Shown one piece after another: positions 34,450-46,337 of a DNA stretch of 64,000 nucleotides. The translations under genes were made by a program, and so were the position numbers. Position 1 is the stretch's first letter, and each line of letters begins with the position of its first letter. A model generated the notes under the pieces. That model was given only the letters and a program-made list of their open reading frames with translations. It had not been told where the DNA came from and made no database searches. Source of the DNA: Candidatus Marinacidobacterium sp. (GTDB lineage Bacteria; Acidobacteriota; Vicinamibacteria; Marinacidobacterales; Marinacidobacteraceae); the NCBI GenBank assembly GCA_965243415.1, contig OZ251549.1:3899802-3963801 (forward strand), written 5' to 3'.

Positions 34450-36243
34450 CTACTCGTCCCCCGGGGAGTCCTGCCTCCGCCCCTCCCCCTCGTTGAGACC
34501 GTTCTCGCGCAGGAAGTCGTCCACGCTGTTGAAGGCGTTGAAGAACAACGGGCTGCCCGCCGACGACAGCGGGCTCACCGGCCCCGTCGTCATGAACGAG
34601 TACTGCCGATGTTCCGTATCGAACGACGAATGCGGATCCCGGAAGGACTGGTACAGATCCAGAGCCGTCCCCTTCGACCCCACGAGTCGGCGCAGCGCGT
34701 CGTACTCGTACCCAAGCCCCAGGCCGAACCCGACGAACAGAATCCGCAGTTGCTGCACGATCTCGGAATCCAAACTGGCCAGTGTTTGACTGATGAACAT
34801 CCAACCGAGCCCGTACTTTCGCGTCGTCCGCGCAGCGTCCTTCAGGACCGCCTTGACGCTGCGGCCTGCCTCACCGCCGGCGGACGTCTCGCGCGGCGCC
34901 AACCGGTGAGCCTCATCAATGACCACAAGCGCGTTGAGGCTCTTCCCTTCCTGATAGCTGCGTTCCGCAGCCTCGTTCAGCCCGTCCAGTAGCCTCTTGA
35001 TCACGAGCGACTGGATCTGATCGTTCCACGACATCCCGCCAGCCTGCCTCTTGGACAAATCCACGACGACGACCGGCCGCTTTCGCCCGTCCACGGCCAA
35101 GAGACCACGGAGAACCGATCCGATCTGTTGGGCCCCGCTCCTGTCTTCCCGAAACAAGTTCCCGACGGATTTCCAGATCCGATAGAGTTGATCCGTGTCC
35201 GCTTCCTCTACTGCCGCGTTGAACCGGGCTCTCGGCCCCGGAGAACGATAGAACTTGCTCTGAAACCGATCTTCCCCCAAGAGTTGCCAGGCGGTGTCGA
35301 ACGCCTTCCGAGAGTACAGATCGCGGAGCTTGACCTTCTTCCTCAGGCCCTCCACCAAGACACTGCACGCCGTGACAAGATTTTCACCGGGAGGAATGGT
35401 CAACTCTCGAAAGAACACGGACTCGGCGAGAATCTTCTCGAACAACTCCCACCGATCGAGTACGAGTTGCTGAACGCCGATCACTTGGACTTTCCTACCC
35501 AGTCGGCCAAGCACATCACCGACCGGGATTCGGAACCCATCGTCCTCGCCCGCTTCCCTCCTCATATCCTGCGCGAACTCGCCCTGCGGGTCGAGGACCA
35601 GAAGCGCCATCTCCGGATGCCGTGCGTACGCCAACAACATCATCTTCGCCAGGACGGACTTGCCGGCCCCCGTCTTCCCGAACAGGCCGAGATGGTACGC
35701 CTCTCCCGCGCCGTTCACGCCACGATCGAAGTGCTTGAACCAGAGCGGCATCTTGGGTTCCGACCCATACACCTGCCCCAGATAGAACAACTGCGGCCGG
35801 TGTCGAGCCAAGATCCCTTCCAGCACTTCGTCGTTCACGATGTAGACCGATGTCCCGGTGGACGGAACCGTCCCCAGAATGCTCGGCTCGTAACCGCCAC
35901 CCGCGCCCTCCGCGAACACGGCGCTGATCCCCATCCGACCCAGGTGGGTGTCCTGTCGCGCGCTGACCGCGTCCACCCGTCCGTGACGCCGGACGAGGCT
36001 CCGCATCGTCGGGTCCTCGTGCCAGATGTTGCGGAGTTGGATCTCGGTTATCTGGCCGAGGGCGTAGTGTTCCCGGCCGTCCTGCGGGTAGTGGAAGAGC
36101 GCGAGTTCTCCGACCAGTTTGCGCGACGCCGCAGTCCCGAGGACATCGATGACGATCTCGGTCGTGCTGGAGGGGGAGCCGATCACTCCGAGGCGCTCCA
36201 TCTCCTCGACGATCTTGCTCAGCGGCTTCTCTCGGTCAGCCAT
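34450..36243 (-). CDS. herA: HerA-like hexameric ATPase/translocase (DUF87 family)
   Basis: 597 aa. HAS-barrel-like N-terminus (GVIGSPSSTTEIVIDVLG...), Walker A GLFGKTGAGKS, Walker B ALVVIDEAHRL, C-terminal FISQ. GGGAGA SD upstream. Confidence 0.88.
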   Translation of the reverse strand: MADREKPLSKIVEEMERLGVIGSPSSTTEIVIDVLGTAASRKLVGELALFHYPQDGREHYALGQITEIQLRNIWHEDPTMRSLVRRHGRVDAVSARQDTHLGRMGISAVFAEGAGGGYEPSILGTVPSTGTSVYIVNDEVLEGILARHRPQLFYLGQVYGSEPKMPLWFKHFDRGVNGAGEAYHLGLFGKTGAGKSVLAKMMLLAYARHPEMALLVLDPQGEFAQDMRREAGEDDGFRIPVGDVLGRLGRKVQVIGVQQLVLDRWELFEKILAESVFFRELTIPPGENLVTACSVLVEGLRKKVKLRDLYSRKAFDTAWQLLGEDRFQSKFYRSPGPRARFNAAVEEADTDQLYRIWKSVGNLFREDRSGAQQIGSVLRGLLAVDGRKRPVVVVDLSKRQAGGMSWNDQIQSLVIKRLLDGLNEAAERSYQEGKSLNALVVIDEAHRLAPRETSAGGEAGRSVKAVLKDAARTTRKYGLGWMFISQTLASLDSEIVQQLRILFVGFGLGLGYEYDALRRLVGSKGTALDLYQSFRDPHSSFDTEHRQYSFMTTGPVSPLSSAGSPLFFNAFNSVDDFLRENGLNEGEGRRQDSPGDE

Positions 36244-36246
36244 CGT

Positions 36247-37419
36247 CTATCTCCCGGATTCGCTCCGATAGCCGTGCATCGCGAAGAAGACCTCGCCGAT
36301 GTCTCCGGCATAGTTCTCGGAGATCTGCTCTGTGGTTACCTGACGGAACGACGGAAGCGCGCGGGCTAGGGCCTTCACCGTTCGGTCCGCCAGGTAGATC
36401 GGGTACGGCTCCATCATCGACGGCGTCGCGGTCTGGTGCCTGATCCCTTGAACCACCGTAGCCAGCCGGTGGGGATTCGAGGCGATGCTGGCCGGCACTT
36501 CGATCCGCAGCGCCGGCAGCCAACTCTGCGGCTTGTAGTAGAGAACTCGAACACGATCGAGAGCCGCGGTGACTGCGGCGGTGAGCCCCGCCGCACGCTC
36601 CTGCAGAGAAGCCGGCAGCGTGTTCGTATTCAGGTGCCAGCCACCCGACGCTTCCCCGTCCGTGTCGAGCGGCAGCGGGCTCGTCAGTTCTCCCGGCTCC
36701 AGCAACATGGTCAGGAGGCCGCGGTCGTCATAGGGGTTCGACAAATTCAACTCTTTACATACTTCACGGCGTGTCGAGTACTTCGGGAGCGCCGCGAACT
36801 GCCGGTCGGTCCGCTCCGACTTCAGGATGAGCAGGTAGGCGTCGAGGTAGTCGAGACAATTCGACTCGAACTCCGTCGCGCACTTGAGGGTTCGGGAGCC
36901 GTCGATCTTGTTGAGGGCCTGGTTGAAGTAGATGATGGGCAGGGCCAGCGTTCCGTCCATCATCACCAGATCGTGAGGCGCCCCGGTGATCAACTGGAGC
37001 TCCGCGCCCAGCATCACCGCGCGCAGGACCGTGGCGGTGTCCGGGTCGTGGACTTCCGCCTTGATGAAGGTCCGATGACGCGGATGTTCCCAGTGCCTCT
37101 TCTCCGAAGGAGGCGTCAGCCCTTCCACCGCGACGGCGGCAGCGGCGGCGAGATCGGTCGTCAGCAGGCGTTCGATGCCGTAGGAACCGTCCGCGCCGCA
37201 GGTGGTGGGCACCGGCGCCTGCGCCATCGCCGCCTCGGTCTCCAGGAGGCCGGAACCCGCCAGAGCGCGCCGATGCGCGTCCCGTTCGGCCCGGACTTCC
37301 TCGAAAGCGGCCAGCAGTTCCCGGGAGACCTCGGTCGTCTGCTCCAGGACCTCTTCCACGAGGGCGGCCGGCAGGTCCGCGAACGGTGCTGCGGCCGAGG
37401 CCGCCGGGGCTCCGTTCAT
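36247..37419 (-). CDS. nurA: NurA-domain nuclease
   Basis: In-frame ATG 37419 (GGGAGG upstream). CGADGSYGIERL and VMMDGTLALPI match the NurA catalytic Asp motifs. Only 3 nt separate its stop from the herA ATG. Confidence 0.78.
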   Translation of the reverse strand: MNGAPAASAAAPFADLPAALVEEVLEQTTEVSRELLAAFEEVRAERDAHRRALAGSGLLETEAAMAQAPVPTTCGADGSYGIERLLTTDLAAAAAVAVEGLTPPSEKRHWEHPRHRTFIKAEVHDPDTATVLRAVMLGAELQLITGAPHDLVMMDGTLALPIIYFNQALNKIDGSRTLKCATEFESNCLDYLDAYLLILKSERTDRQFAALPKYSTRREVCKELNLSNPYDDRGLLTMLLEPGELTSPLPLDTDGEASGGWHLNTNTLPASLQERAAGLTAAVTAALDRVRVLYYKPQSWLPALRIEVPASIASNPHRLATVVQGIRHQTATPSMMEPYPIYLADRTVKALARALPSFRQVTTEQISENYAGDIGEVFFAMHGYRSESGR

Positions 37420-38672
37420 GCGGCCTCCCAGAGGCGGTAGTCGTCCCGGCGGAAGTGCAGGAAGCGCCGGTCCCGGGCGGCGCGGGGAAGCAGCCACCGC
37501 TCCCGGAACCACTCGAAGACCCGGTCCGGACTCCGCCGCTCGGGTCGCAACTCGGCGTCCTCTCCCCGCAGAAACGCCTGCGTGTTCCCGGCGAGCGGCG
37601 CGACGAAGATCTCCCTCCCGACCCCGTGCCGGGCCAGGCCGCGGGACAGCCCCAGCAGGGGCAGGGTCTTCCGTACCAACTCGCGCCGGTTCCGGAAGCC
37701 GCTCCCCCAGAGGTCGTGCTTGGCCGTGGCGTCGCAGTACTTGCCGGCGAAGGCCCGCAATTCGGCATAGACGCCGTTGGTGAACTGGAACTCTCCCGTG
37801 CCGCAGGTGAACCCCACGCTCCGGAACGCTCGATCCCCGCCGTACCGGAGCCGGTTGTAGAGCGAGGAACGCCCGAGCGCCGAAGTCGTGGTCAGCAGCG
37901 CCAGCCGCCCGTCGAGCGGTCTCGGGCTGATGGTCGCCTGGCGTCCCCCGTACTTCGCGGCGAACCGCTCGATGACCGGTTGGCTCGTGGCCAGGAGGGC
38001 GACCAACTTTCCGCAGAGCAGGTACGAATACGGCGGGATCGCTCCCAGGGCGAACAGGTCCATCACGCACTGGAGGCGCTGCCGGCGGGCCTCGTAGTCC
38101 CAGCCGATCCATCGGTCGCGCGGCTTCAACCCGAAGATCGGGTCGCCGAGCCCGAAGATCCCGATCAACTTCCCGTTCGAGTCGTCGTAGATGACGAAGC
38201 GCAGTCGCCGCCCGTACCCGGCGGAGACCGGGATGCTCCAATGGAGTCTCGCATACCGGAAGAGGAGTTCCTCTTCGGAACCGGCCTCGACCTCCACGAG
38301 GCGGGGCCGGATGCGCTCGGGAACGACTTCCTCCCCGTTCGCCACGAAGGACAGCAACCGGCGCTCGTGCCGTTCAAGCCCCGCGCGGCTCCGCGTCCGA
38401 TTGTGGTCCACCGCCACCTGGTGCAGGGCCCGGAGACCCTCCTTGTTCCGTGGGTCCGGGGGAACGAGCGCGCCGTCCCGGATCGTGAAACCCTGGGCCG
38501 CGAGCGAGACGAGGAGACGGTTGCCGAGAGTCTCGGCCTCCATCTGGCTCGGCGCCTCCGGCAACTCTGGAAGCCCGCCGACGAACGGCCCCGCGGAGTG
38601 TCCGCCGGACGCCGGCGCAACGCCGAGCGCCCCACGGGCCTCTACGGCGGCGTCCATCGGACCGGCGGTCAT
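37416..38672 (-). CDS. DUF4338-like (Druantia DruA-like) protein
   Basis: 418 aa. Core RLRFVIYDDSNGKLIGIFGLGDPIFGLKPRDRWIGWDYEARRQRLQCVMDLFALGAIPPYSYLLCGKLVALL fits the DUF4338 pattern as I recall it. Its stop overlaps the nurA ATG (ATGA, 37416-37419). Confidence 0.65.
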   Translation of the reverse strand: MTAGPMDAAVEARGALGVAPASGGHSAGPFVGGLPELPEAPSQMEAETLGNRLLVSLAAQGFTIRDGALVPPDPRNKEGLRALHQVAVDHNRTRSRAGLERHERRLLSFVANGEEVVPERIRPRLVEVEAGSEEELLFRYARLHWSIPVSAGYGRRLRFVIYDDSNGKLIGIFGLGDPIFGLKPRDRWIGWDYEARRQRLQCVMDLFALGAIPPYSYLLCGKLVALLATSQPVIERFAAKYGGRQATISPRPLDGRLALLTTTSALGRSSLYNRLRYGGDRAFRSVGFTCGTGEFQFTNGVYAELRAFAGKYCDATAKHDLWGSGFRNRRELVRKTLPLLGLSRGLARHGVGREIFVAPLAGNTQAFLRGEDAELRPERRSPDRVFEWFRERWLLPRAARDRRFLHFRRDDYRLWEAA

Positions 38673-38762
38673 GGCGTCAGGGCGGAGCGTCCGGAGATCG
38701 GAGCGCGGCCAGCCACGAAATCGAGGCCTGACCGGCCACGGAAGGGTAGAGCATCCTTCTGG

Positions 38763-39341
38763 TCACTCCCCGGGGTCGGGCTTCAGGATGGTGGGGAGGG
38801 TGATGCGTTCCTGGCCCTGGTACTTGCCGTGTTTGTCGCGGTAACTGGTTTCGCACTCTTCGTCGCTCTCGAAGAAGAGGACCTGGGCGATGCCCTCGCC
38901 GGCGTAGATGCGGCACGGCAACGGCGTCGTGTTCGAGATCTCCAGCGTGGCGTTCCCCTCCCACTCGGCGTCGAAGCCGGTCACATTGATGATGATGCCG
39001 CATCTGGCGTAGGTGGACTTGCCGATGCAGATGCCGTACACATTCCTCGGCATCCGGAAGTTCTCGATGGTGTTCGAGAGGGCGAAGGAGTTCGGCGGGA
39101 TCACGCAGACCTCGCCGCTGAAGTCCACGAAACTCTGCGGGTCGAAGTTCTTCGGGTCCACGATCGCCGCATTGACATTCGTGAAGATCTTGAAGTCGTT
39201 CGAGACCCGGATGTCGTAGCCGTAGGCGGAGAGGCCGTAGGAGATGACGCCCTCGCCGACCTGGTGGTCCACGAAGGGATGGATCAGCCGGTGCTCCTTC
39301 GCCATCCGGCGGATCCAGCGGTCCGACTTGATGCTCGCCAT
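38763..39341 (-). CDS. dcd: dCTP deaminase
   Basis: [14 protein letters not shown]...[13 protein letters not shown]...[29 protein letters not shown]. Canonical Dcd. Confidence 0.95.
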   Translation of the reverse strand: MASIKSDRWIRRMAKEHRLIHPFVDHQVGEGVISYGLSAYGYDIRVSNDFKIFTNVNAAIVDPKNFDPQSFVDFSGEVCVIPPNSFALSNTIENFRMPRNVYGICIGKSTYARCGIIINVTGFDAEWEGNATLEISNTTPLPCRIYAGEGIAQVLFFESDEECETSYRDKHGKYQGQERITLPTILKPDPGE

Positions 39342-39429
39342 GTCGTCGCCTTCCTCCGGTGCGGCTCTGCGCTCCCGTGTCCCCCGTATCGCCTGTGCGG
39401 CTCTTCGACGGAGAGGCCCGGCCCCCGCC

Positions 39430-39855
39430 TCAGGCCCCGTCGGCCCCGGCCAACTCGACGCCGGGGAAGAAGTAGGCGATCTCGACAGCGGCGTTCTCCG
39501 GGGAGTCCGAGCCGTGGATGGCGTTCCGCTCGATGGACGACGCGAACCGCGCGCGGATCGTGCCCTCCGCCGCTTCCGCCGGGTTCGTCGCGCCCATCAG
39601 CGCGCGCAACGACGAAACCGCGTCCTCGCGCTCCAGCACCGCCGCCACCGCCGGCCCCGAGGACATGAACTCGCAGAGGCTACCGAAGAACGGGCGCTCC
39701 CGGTGGACCGCGTAGAAACCCTCCGCCTCCCGCCGGTCCAGGCGCACCAGGCGCATCGCCACCAGGCGGAATCCGGCCTCCTCGACCGCGGACAGGATGG
39801 CGCCGGTGTTCCCGGCGGCCACCGCGTCCGGTTTGACGATGGTCAGCGTGCGCAT
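39430..39855 (-). CDS. ndk: Nucleoside diphosphate kinase
   Basis: [10 protein letters not shown]...NAIHGSDS active-site His motif. Confidence 0.97.
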   Translation of the reverse strand: MRTLTIVKPDAVAAGNTGAILSAVEEAGFRLVAMRLVRLDRREAEGFYAVHRERPFFGSLCEFMSSGPAVAAVLEREDAVSSLRALMGATNPAEAAEGTIRARFASSIERNAIHGSDSPENAAVEIAYFFPGVELAGADGA

Positions 39856-39948
39856 TCCGGTTTCCTTCTCCCCGGCCCGGTCCCGGACCCGACTCGATTC
39901 CCGTCCGCGCTTCGGTCTCGAAGCGGCGGTTCGACAACGCCCGCCCCC

Positions 39949-40824
39949 TCAGCGGGAGGCGAGCACCGACTCCATGGCCGCGCCGAGGTCGGCGGGGCTC
40001 TCGACGACCTCCGCCCCGGCGGAGCGGAGCGCGTCCATCTTGGCGGCGGCGGTTCCCTGCCCGCCCATGACGATGGCCCCGGCGTGCCCCATCCGCCGGC
40101 CCGGCGGCGCGGTCTGCCCGGCGATGAACGACACCACCGGCTTCCGGAACTCGCGCCGAATGAACTCGGCCGCTTCTTCCTCCGCGCCGCCACCGATCTC
40201 GCCGATCAGCACCACCGCTTCGGTCCCCTCGTCCCCGGCGAACGCCTCGAGCACTTCGAGGAAAGTCGTCCCGATGACCGGGTCGCCGCCGATTCCCACG
40301 CAGGTGCTCTGGCCGATCCCGCGTTCGCTCAGTTGGTGCACCGCTTCGTAGGTCAGCGTGCCGCTGCGCGAAACCACCCCGACCGCGCCTTCCCGGTGGA
40401 TCGGCCCGGGCATGATCCCGACCTTGGCGCGTCCCGGCGAGATGACCCCGGGGCAGTTGGGACCGACCAGCCGCGTGGAACCGCCGGCGAGCAGCCGCGC
40501 CACCCGCACCATGTCCCGCGCCGGGATGCCTTCGGTGATGGCGACCACCAGTTCCAGGCCGCTGTCCGCGGACTCGGCGATGGCGTCCGCGGCGAAGGCC
40601 GGCGGCACCAGCACCATCGAGGTATTCGCCCCGGTCTTCTCCGCCGCTTCCGCGACCGAATCGAACACCGGCACGCCTTCCACTTCGGTGCCGCCCTTCC
40701 CCGGCGTGACGCCGGCGACCAGACGGGTGCCGTAGTCCCGGCAGGCGAGCGCGTGGAACCGGCCTTCGCCGCCGGTGATTCCCTGGACCAGCAGCCGGGT
40801 CTCCCGGCCGACGAAGACGCTCAC
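39949..40824 (-). CDS. sucD: Succinyl-CoA synthetase alpha subunit
   Basis: GTG 40824 overlaps the sucC stop (GTGA). [10 protein letters not shown]..., [15 protein letters not shown] phosphohistidine loop. Confidence 0.97.
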   Translation of the reverse strand: MSVFVGRETRLLVQGITGGEGRFHALACRDYGTRLVAGVTPGKGGTEVEGVPVFDSVAEAAEKTGANTSMVLVPPAFAADAIAESADSGLELVVAITEGIPARDMVRVARLLAGGSTRLVGPNCPGVISPGRAKVGIMPGPIHREGAVGVVSRSGTLTYEAVHQLSERGIGQSTCVGIGGDPVIGTTFLEVLEAFAGDEGTEAVVLIGEIGGGAEEEAAEFIRREFRKPVVSFIAGQTAPPGRRMGHAGAIVMGGQGTAAAKMDALRSAGAEVVESPADLGAAMESVLASR

Positions 40825-41987
40825 GCCGCGGTCTCCAACTTCGCCACCACCGCGTCGGCGGCCTCGCGCATCCCGTCGGCAGTGGTGAAATCCAGGCCCG
40901 ACTCGTCGAGCATCTTCCGGGCGATCTCCACATTCGTGCCCTTCATGCGGATCACGATGGGCAGGCGCGAATCCAGTTTCCGCACCGCGGCGATCAACCC
41001 TTCCGCGAGCCGGTCGCATCTCAGGATGCCGCCGAAGATGTTGATGAGCACCGCCCGCACCTCGTCGTCCCGGGTGAGGATGCGGAAGGCGTTCTCGATC
41101 TGTTCGGCGTTCGCGCCCCCGCCCACATCGAGGAAGTTCGCCGGCGCCGCTCCGGCCAGTTTCACGATGTCCATGGTCGCCATGGCGAGCCCGGCGCCGT
41201 TCACCATGCACCCCACCGCGCCGTCCAACTTGATGTAGTTCAGGTCGTACTTCCCGGCTTCCACTTCGAGCGGCGATTCCTCGTGGAGGTCCCGGAGCGC
41301 CGCCGCTTTCGGCTGGCGGAAGAGGGCGCTGTCGTCCACGGAGACCTTGGCGTCGAGCGCGATCACTTCCCCGCCGCCGGTCACCAGCATCGGGTTGATC
41401 TCCACCTGACTCGCATCGAGCCCGTCGAAGGCCCGGTAGAGCCCGAGCAGGAACGAAACCCCCCGGCGGAAGACAGCGCCGCCGAGTCCCAGTCCCAGCG
41501 CCAGCCGCCGCGCCTGGAACGGCTGCAGCCCCATCGCCGGGTCCACGGTCTCGGTGAGGATCTTCTCCGGAGTGGTGGCCGCCACTTCCTCGATGTCCAT
41601 CCCGCCGGCGGCGCTGGCGATCAGGATCGGCCGGCCGCTCGACCGGTCCACCACCAGACTGGCGTACAACTCGCGCGCGATCTCGACGCCTTCCTCGACG
41701 AGCAGGGTCCGCACCAGGCGGCCGTCGGGCCCGGTCTGTTTGGTGACCAGGACCGAACCGAGGAGCGCCCCGGCGGCTTCCCGCACCTCGGATTCGGCGC
41801 GGCAGAGGCGGACGCCGCCGGCCTTGCCCCGGCCGCCGGCGTGGATCTGCGCCTTGACCACCACCGGCGAACCCAACTCGGCCGCCGCGGCGACCGCTTC
41901 CTCCACGCTCGCCGCGGTGCGCCCCTTCGGGGAACGGACGCCGAAGTCGGCGAGGAGGGCTTTCGCCTGGTATTCGTGGAGATTCAC
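40821..41987 (-). CDS. sucC: Succinyl-CoA synthetase beta subunit
   Basis: [12 protein letters not shown]... ATP-grasp, full-length colinearity. Confidence 0.97.
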   Translation of the reverse strand: MNLHEYQAKALLADFGVRSPKGRTAASVEEAVAAAAELGSPVVVKAQIHAGGRGKAGGVRLCRAESEVREAAGALLGSVLVTKQTGPDGRLVRTLLVEEGVEIARELYASLVVDRSSGRPILIASAAGGMDIEEVAATTPEKILTETVDPAMGLQPFQARRLALGLGLGGAVFRRGVSFLLGLYRAFDGLDASQVEINPMLVTGGGEVIALDAKVSVDDSALFRQPKAAALRDLHEESPLEVEAGKYDLNYIKLDGAVGCMVNGAGLAMATMDIVKLAGAAPANFLDVGGGANAEQIENAFRILTRDDEVRAVLINIFGGILRCDRLAEGLIAAVRKLDSRLPIVIRMKGTNVEIARKMLDESGLDFTTADGMREAADAVVAKLETAA

Positions 41988-42057
41988 TGGGGGAGATTCA
42001 CCGGGGGAGTTTCACCGAAGCCGATTCCGGGACGAGCGTCAGGAAAGGCGCGCGCTC

Positions 42058-42984
42058 TCAGACGCCGATCACCGAGACCAGTTCCTGCACCGAAGCCGCC
42101 GACCGGTCGAGCGCCTCCTGCTCGTCCGCGGTGAGCCGGATCTGGATCACTTCCTCGATCCCGGCGCGACCCAATTTCGCCGGCACGCCCAGGTAGAGCC
42201 CTTCCACCCCGTACTCGCCTTCGAGATAGGCGGCGCAGGGAAGGATCTTCTTCTTGTCCTTCAGGATGGCGTCCACCATCTGCACCACCGCCGCCGAAGG
42301 CGCGTAGTAGGCGGACCCGGTCTTGAGATGCGCCACGATCTCGCCCCCGCCCTTCCGCGTCCGCTCCACGATGCGCTCGATCGCTTCGGCGGAGAGGATG
42401 TCCGGCAGCGGAATGCCGGCGACCGTCGAGTACCGCGGCAACGGCACCATGTCGTCCCCGTGTCCGCCGAGCACGAACGCATGGACATTCTCCACCGAGA
42501 CCTCGATCTCGGCGGCGATGAAGGAACGCATCCGGGCCGAATCGAGCACGCCGGCCATCCCCACCACCCGCTCCTTCGGGAACCCGCTGGCGCGGAGCGC
42601 CGCCTGCGCCATGGCGTCGAGCGGATTCGAGACCACCACCAGGATGGCCTCCGGCGAAACCGCGACCGCTTCCTTCGTCACCGCGGTCACGATCTCGTGG
42701 TTCTTCCGCAGCAGGTCGTCCCGGCTCATCCCCGCCTTCCGCGGCAGCCCGGCGGTGATGACCACGACTTCCGAACCGGCGGTTTCGGCATACCCGTTCG
42801 TTCCCACGACCCGCACATCGCTGCCGCTCACCGGGCAGGCCTCGAGCATGTCGAGCCCCTTTCCCTGCGGGATCCCCTCGACGATGTCGGTGAGGACCAC
42901 ATCGGCCAGTTCGGCGTCCGCGATCCGCTGGGCGGTGGTGGCGCCGACATTCCCGGCGCCGATGACGGTGACTTTGGGCCGCAT
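42058..42984 (-). CDS. mdh: Malate dehydrogenase (LDH-like family)
   Basis: [13 protein letters not shown]...[17 protein letters not shown]...GGHGD. Confidence 0.97.
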   Translation of the reverse strand: MRPKVTVIGAGNVGATTAQRIADAELADVVLTDIVEGIPQGKGLDMLEACPVSGSDVRVVGTNGYAETAGSEVVVITAGLPRKAGMSRDDLLRKNHEIVTAVTKEAVAVSPEAILVVVSNPLDAMAQAALRASGFPKERVVGMAGVLDSARMRSFIAAEIEVSVENVHAFVLGGHGDDMVPLPRYSTVAGIPLPDILSAEAIERIVERTRKGGGEIVAHLKTGSAYYAPSAAVVQMVDAILKDKKKILPCAAYLEGEYGVEGLYLGVPAKLGRAGIEEVIQIRLTADEQEALDRSAASVQELVSVIGV

Positions 42985-43017
42985 GACGGTGCTCCCGAAC
43001 CCGACTCGCAGCGGCGG

Positions 43018-44418
<1,401 letters not shown>

Positions 44419-44953
44419 GTATGGCTGTTCGGGACTCCTGCTTCGGCTGGCCGCCGGCGCGGCGGCAGCGTTTCGGGGTAGGGGTTTCGGGGTAAGGGTT
44501 TCGGGGCGGGGTGTCGGGAGGGACCGGAGGATCGCGGGGGCCCGATGGCGGCGAACAGCGCCCGGCCGACGGCGAACGCCGCCACCGGGGCGGGGGACGG
44601 GTTCGCGGCCCGTCCGGCCACCGAGTCGGCCCGTCGCGAACGCCGCCGCCGACCCGCGGTCCGGCGGGCGAGCCGGAAAGCCCGGAACGCGATTCCGGAG
44701 TCCGGGCCGTCCCCGCCCCGGCCTCGACGATCTCCGGGAGGATGTCCGGGACGCTCCCCGGAACGACCGGAATTCTACGCGGCCCCCCGAACCGGAGCAA
44801 GACCCCGGAGGCCGGGGGGCGACCGACCCGCCCCACCCCGCCGGCGACCCGCAGCCCTGCGGCCCCCGTCGCCGATCCCCGCGGAGCCGTGGCGGGCCGC
44901 TCCCGGCCGGCCGACGCCGATCGGCAGCCGTGGCCGCGCCGCGCCGGATTCCC

Positions 44954-45610
44954 GCCTCCCCGAACGGTGAGCGCCCCGTCGCTCGCACGGGCGACGAGTC
45001 CATCGCTCCAGGCGTCCCGGACGGTCCCCGGAGCACCATGCCGCTGCTGTCGCCTGGCCGAGCGGGAAAACGGCAGGGCGATGCCGACCGGCGGTCGCCG
45101 TCCCCCGCGCCGGCTCCTCCGCCTCCCCGAACGGCGAGCGCCCCCGCACCTCCATCGCTGCCCCGGCGCAAGGGCGGCCAGCCCCTCACCCCGGACCCCG
45201 GGCGGCTCCCGGATCTCCGGGAAAACTCCCGTCGCCCGTCGCGACGGAAGACCGCGAAGCGACCCCGCCGCGTCGTCGCCGTCGCCCCGCGTCGCGCCGG
45301 CTCCTCCGCCTCCCCGAACGGCGAGCGCCCCCGCACCTCCATCGCTGCCCCGGCGCAAGGGCGGCCAGCCCCTCACCCCGGACCCCGGGCGGCTCCCGGA
45401 TCTCCGGGAAAACTCCCGTCGCCCGTCGCGACGGAAGACCGCGAAGCGACCCCGCCGCGTCGTCGCCGTCGCCCCGCGTCGCGCCGGCTCCTCCGCCTCC
45501 CCGAACGGCGAGCGCCCCCGCACTTCCATCGCTCCCCCGGCGTGAGGGCGGTCCGCTCCCGGCCCCGGATCGGGCGGCTCCCGGACCGCCGGGAGACTGT
45601 CGATCGGCAA
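44954..45610. repeat. Tandem ~187 bp repeat, about 3.5 copies (anchor gcctccccgaacgg at 44954, 45121, 45308, 45495)
   Basis: The two central copies (45121-45307 and 45308-45494) are near-identical by direct reading. The outer copies are diverged or truncated. The period is not a multiple of 3. Confidence 0.9.
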
Positions 45611-46337
45611 CGAAGAGGTCCCGCCTTCGAGCAACCGAAAATGTTCCGCTCCGGCGCGGGGCGGGCCGGGGGGAGGGAGGGAGAGGGGGAGGATCGGGGG
45701 GAGTTCTCGCGTGCGGTCGGGTGGCGCGAAAGGTGCTGCGGGCGGCGCTCCCGCGACGAGTCGAGAGTCCCGGTGGCGGGCCTCCGGAGGTGGCTGGGTC
45801 GATTGCCCGCAGACAGTCCACCCCCGCGACGAGTCGAGAGTCCCGGTGGCGGGTCTCCGGGGCGGGCCCGGGCGGGCGGGCGCTCGACCCCGCCGCCGCC
45901 CGGATCCCCGTCTCCCCGGGCGATCCCGCCGCGAATTCCCCGCCCCGGCGCCGAGCCGCCTTCCTGGCCCCGGGAGCCGATCCCCCCGCCCGACCCTCCG
46001 CTCGGCGCCCCCGGACGGCTCGGCGCCCCCGGACAGCTCGGCGCCCCCGGGGACGGCTCGGCGCCCCCGGACGGCCCGAAGCCCCGCAGCCGCCCGGCCC
46101 CGGATTCCCCGCCTCCGGGGGAGCCGCGCCCGGCGAGTTCGAGCGCCGCCGGCCTTGCCAACCGGTCGCCGGGGCCGGTATCGTTCCAATCATGAAACGG
46201 GATTTCAGTTTCGATAAAGGCGGGATCGCGAGCCGCGCCGGGAGCCGGACCGCCGCCCGAGCCGGGTACCGCGCCGCGCGCCCGCCCACCACCCCGCCCG
46301 CCATCCCGCCTCCCGCCCCCGCCGGGCCGTCCGCGCC

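Noticed and set aside
26800-38760. Calling the aspS-dcd island a defined mobile element (prophage, ICE or transposon)
   Set aside because: No integrase, transposase, tRNA attachment site or flanking direct repeats could be identified by eye. I describe it only as an accessory island based on gene content and visibly lower GC.
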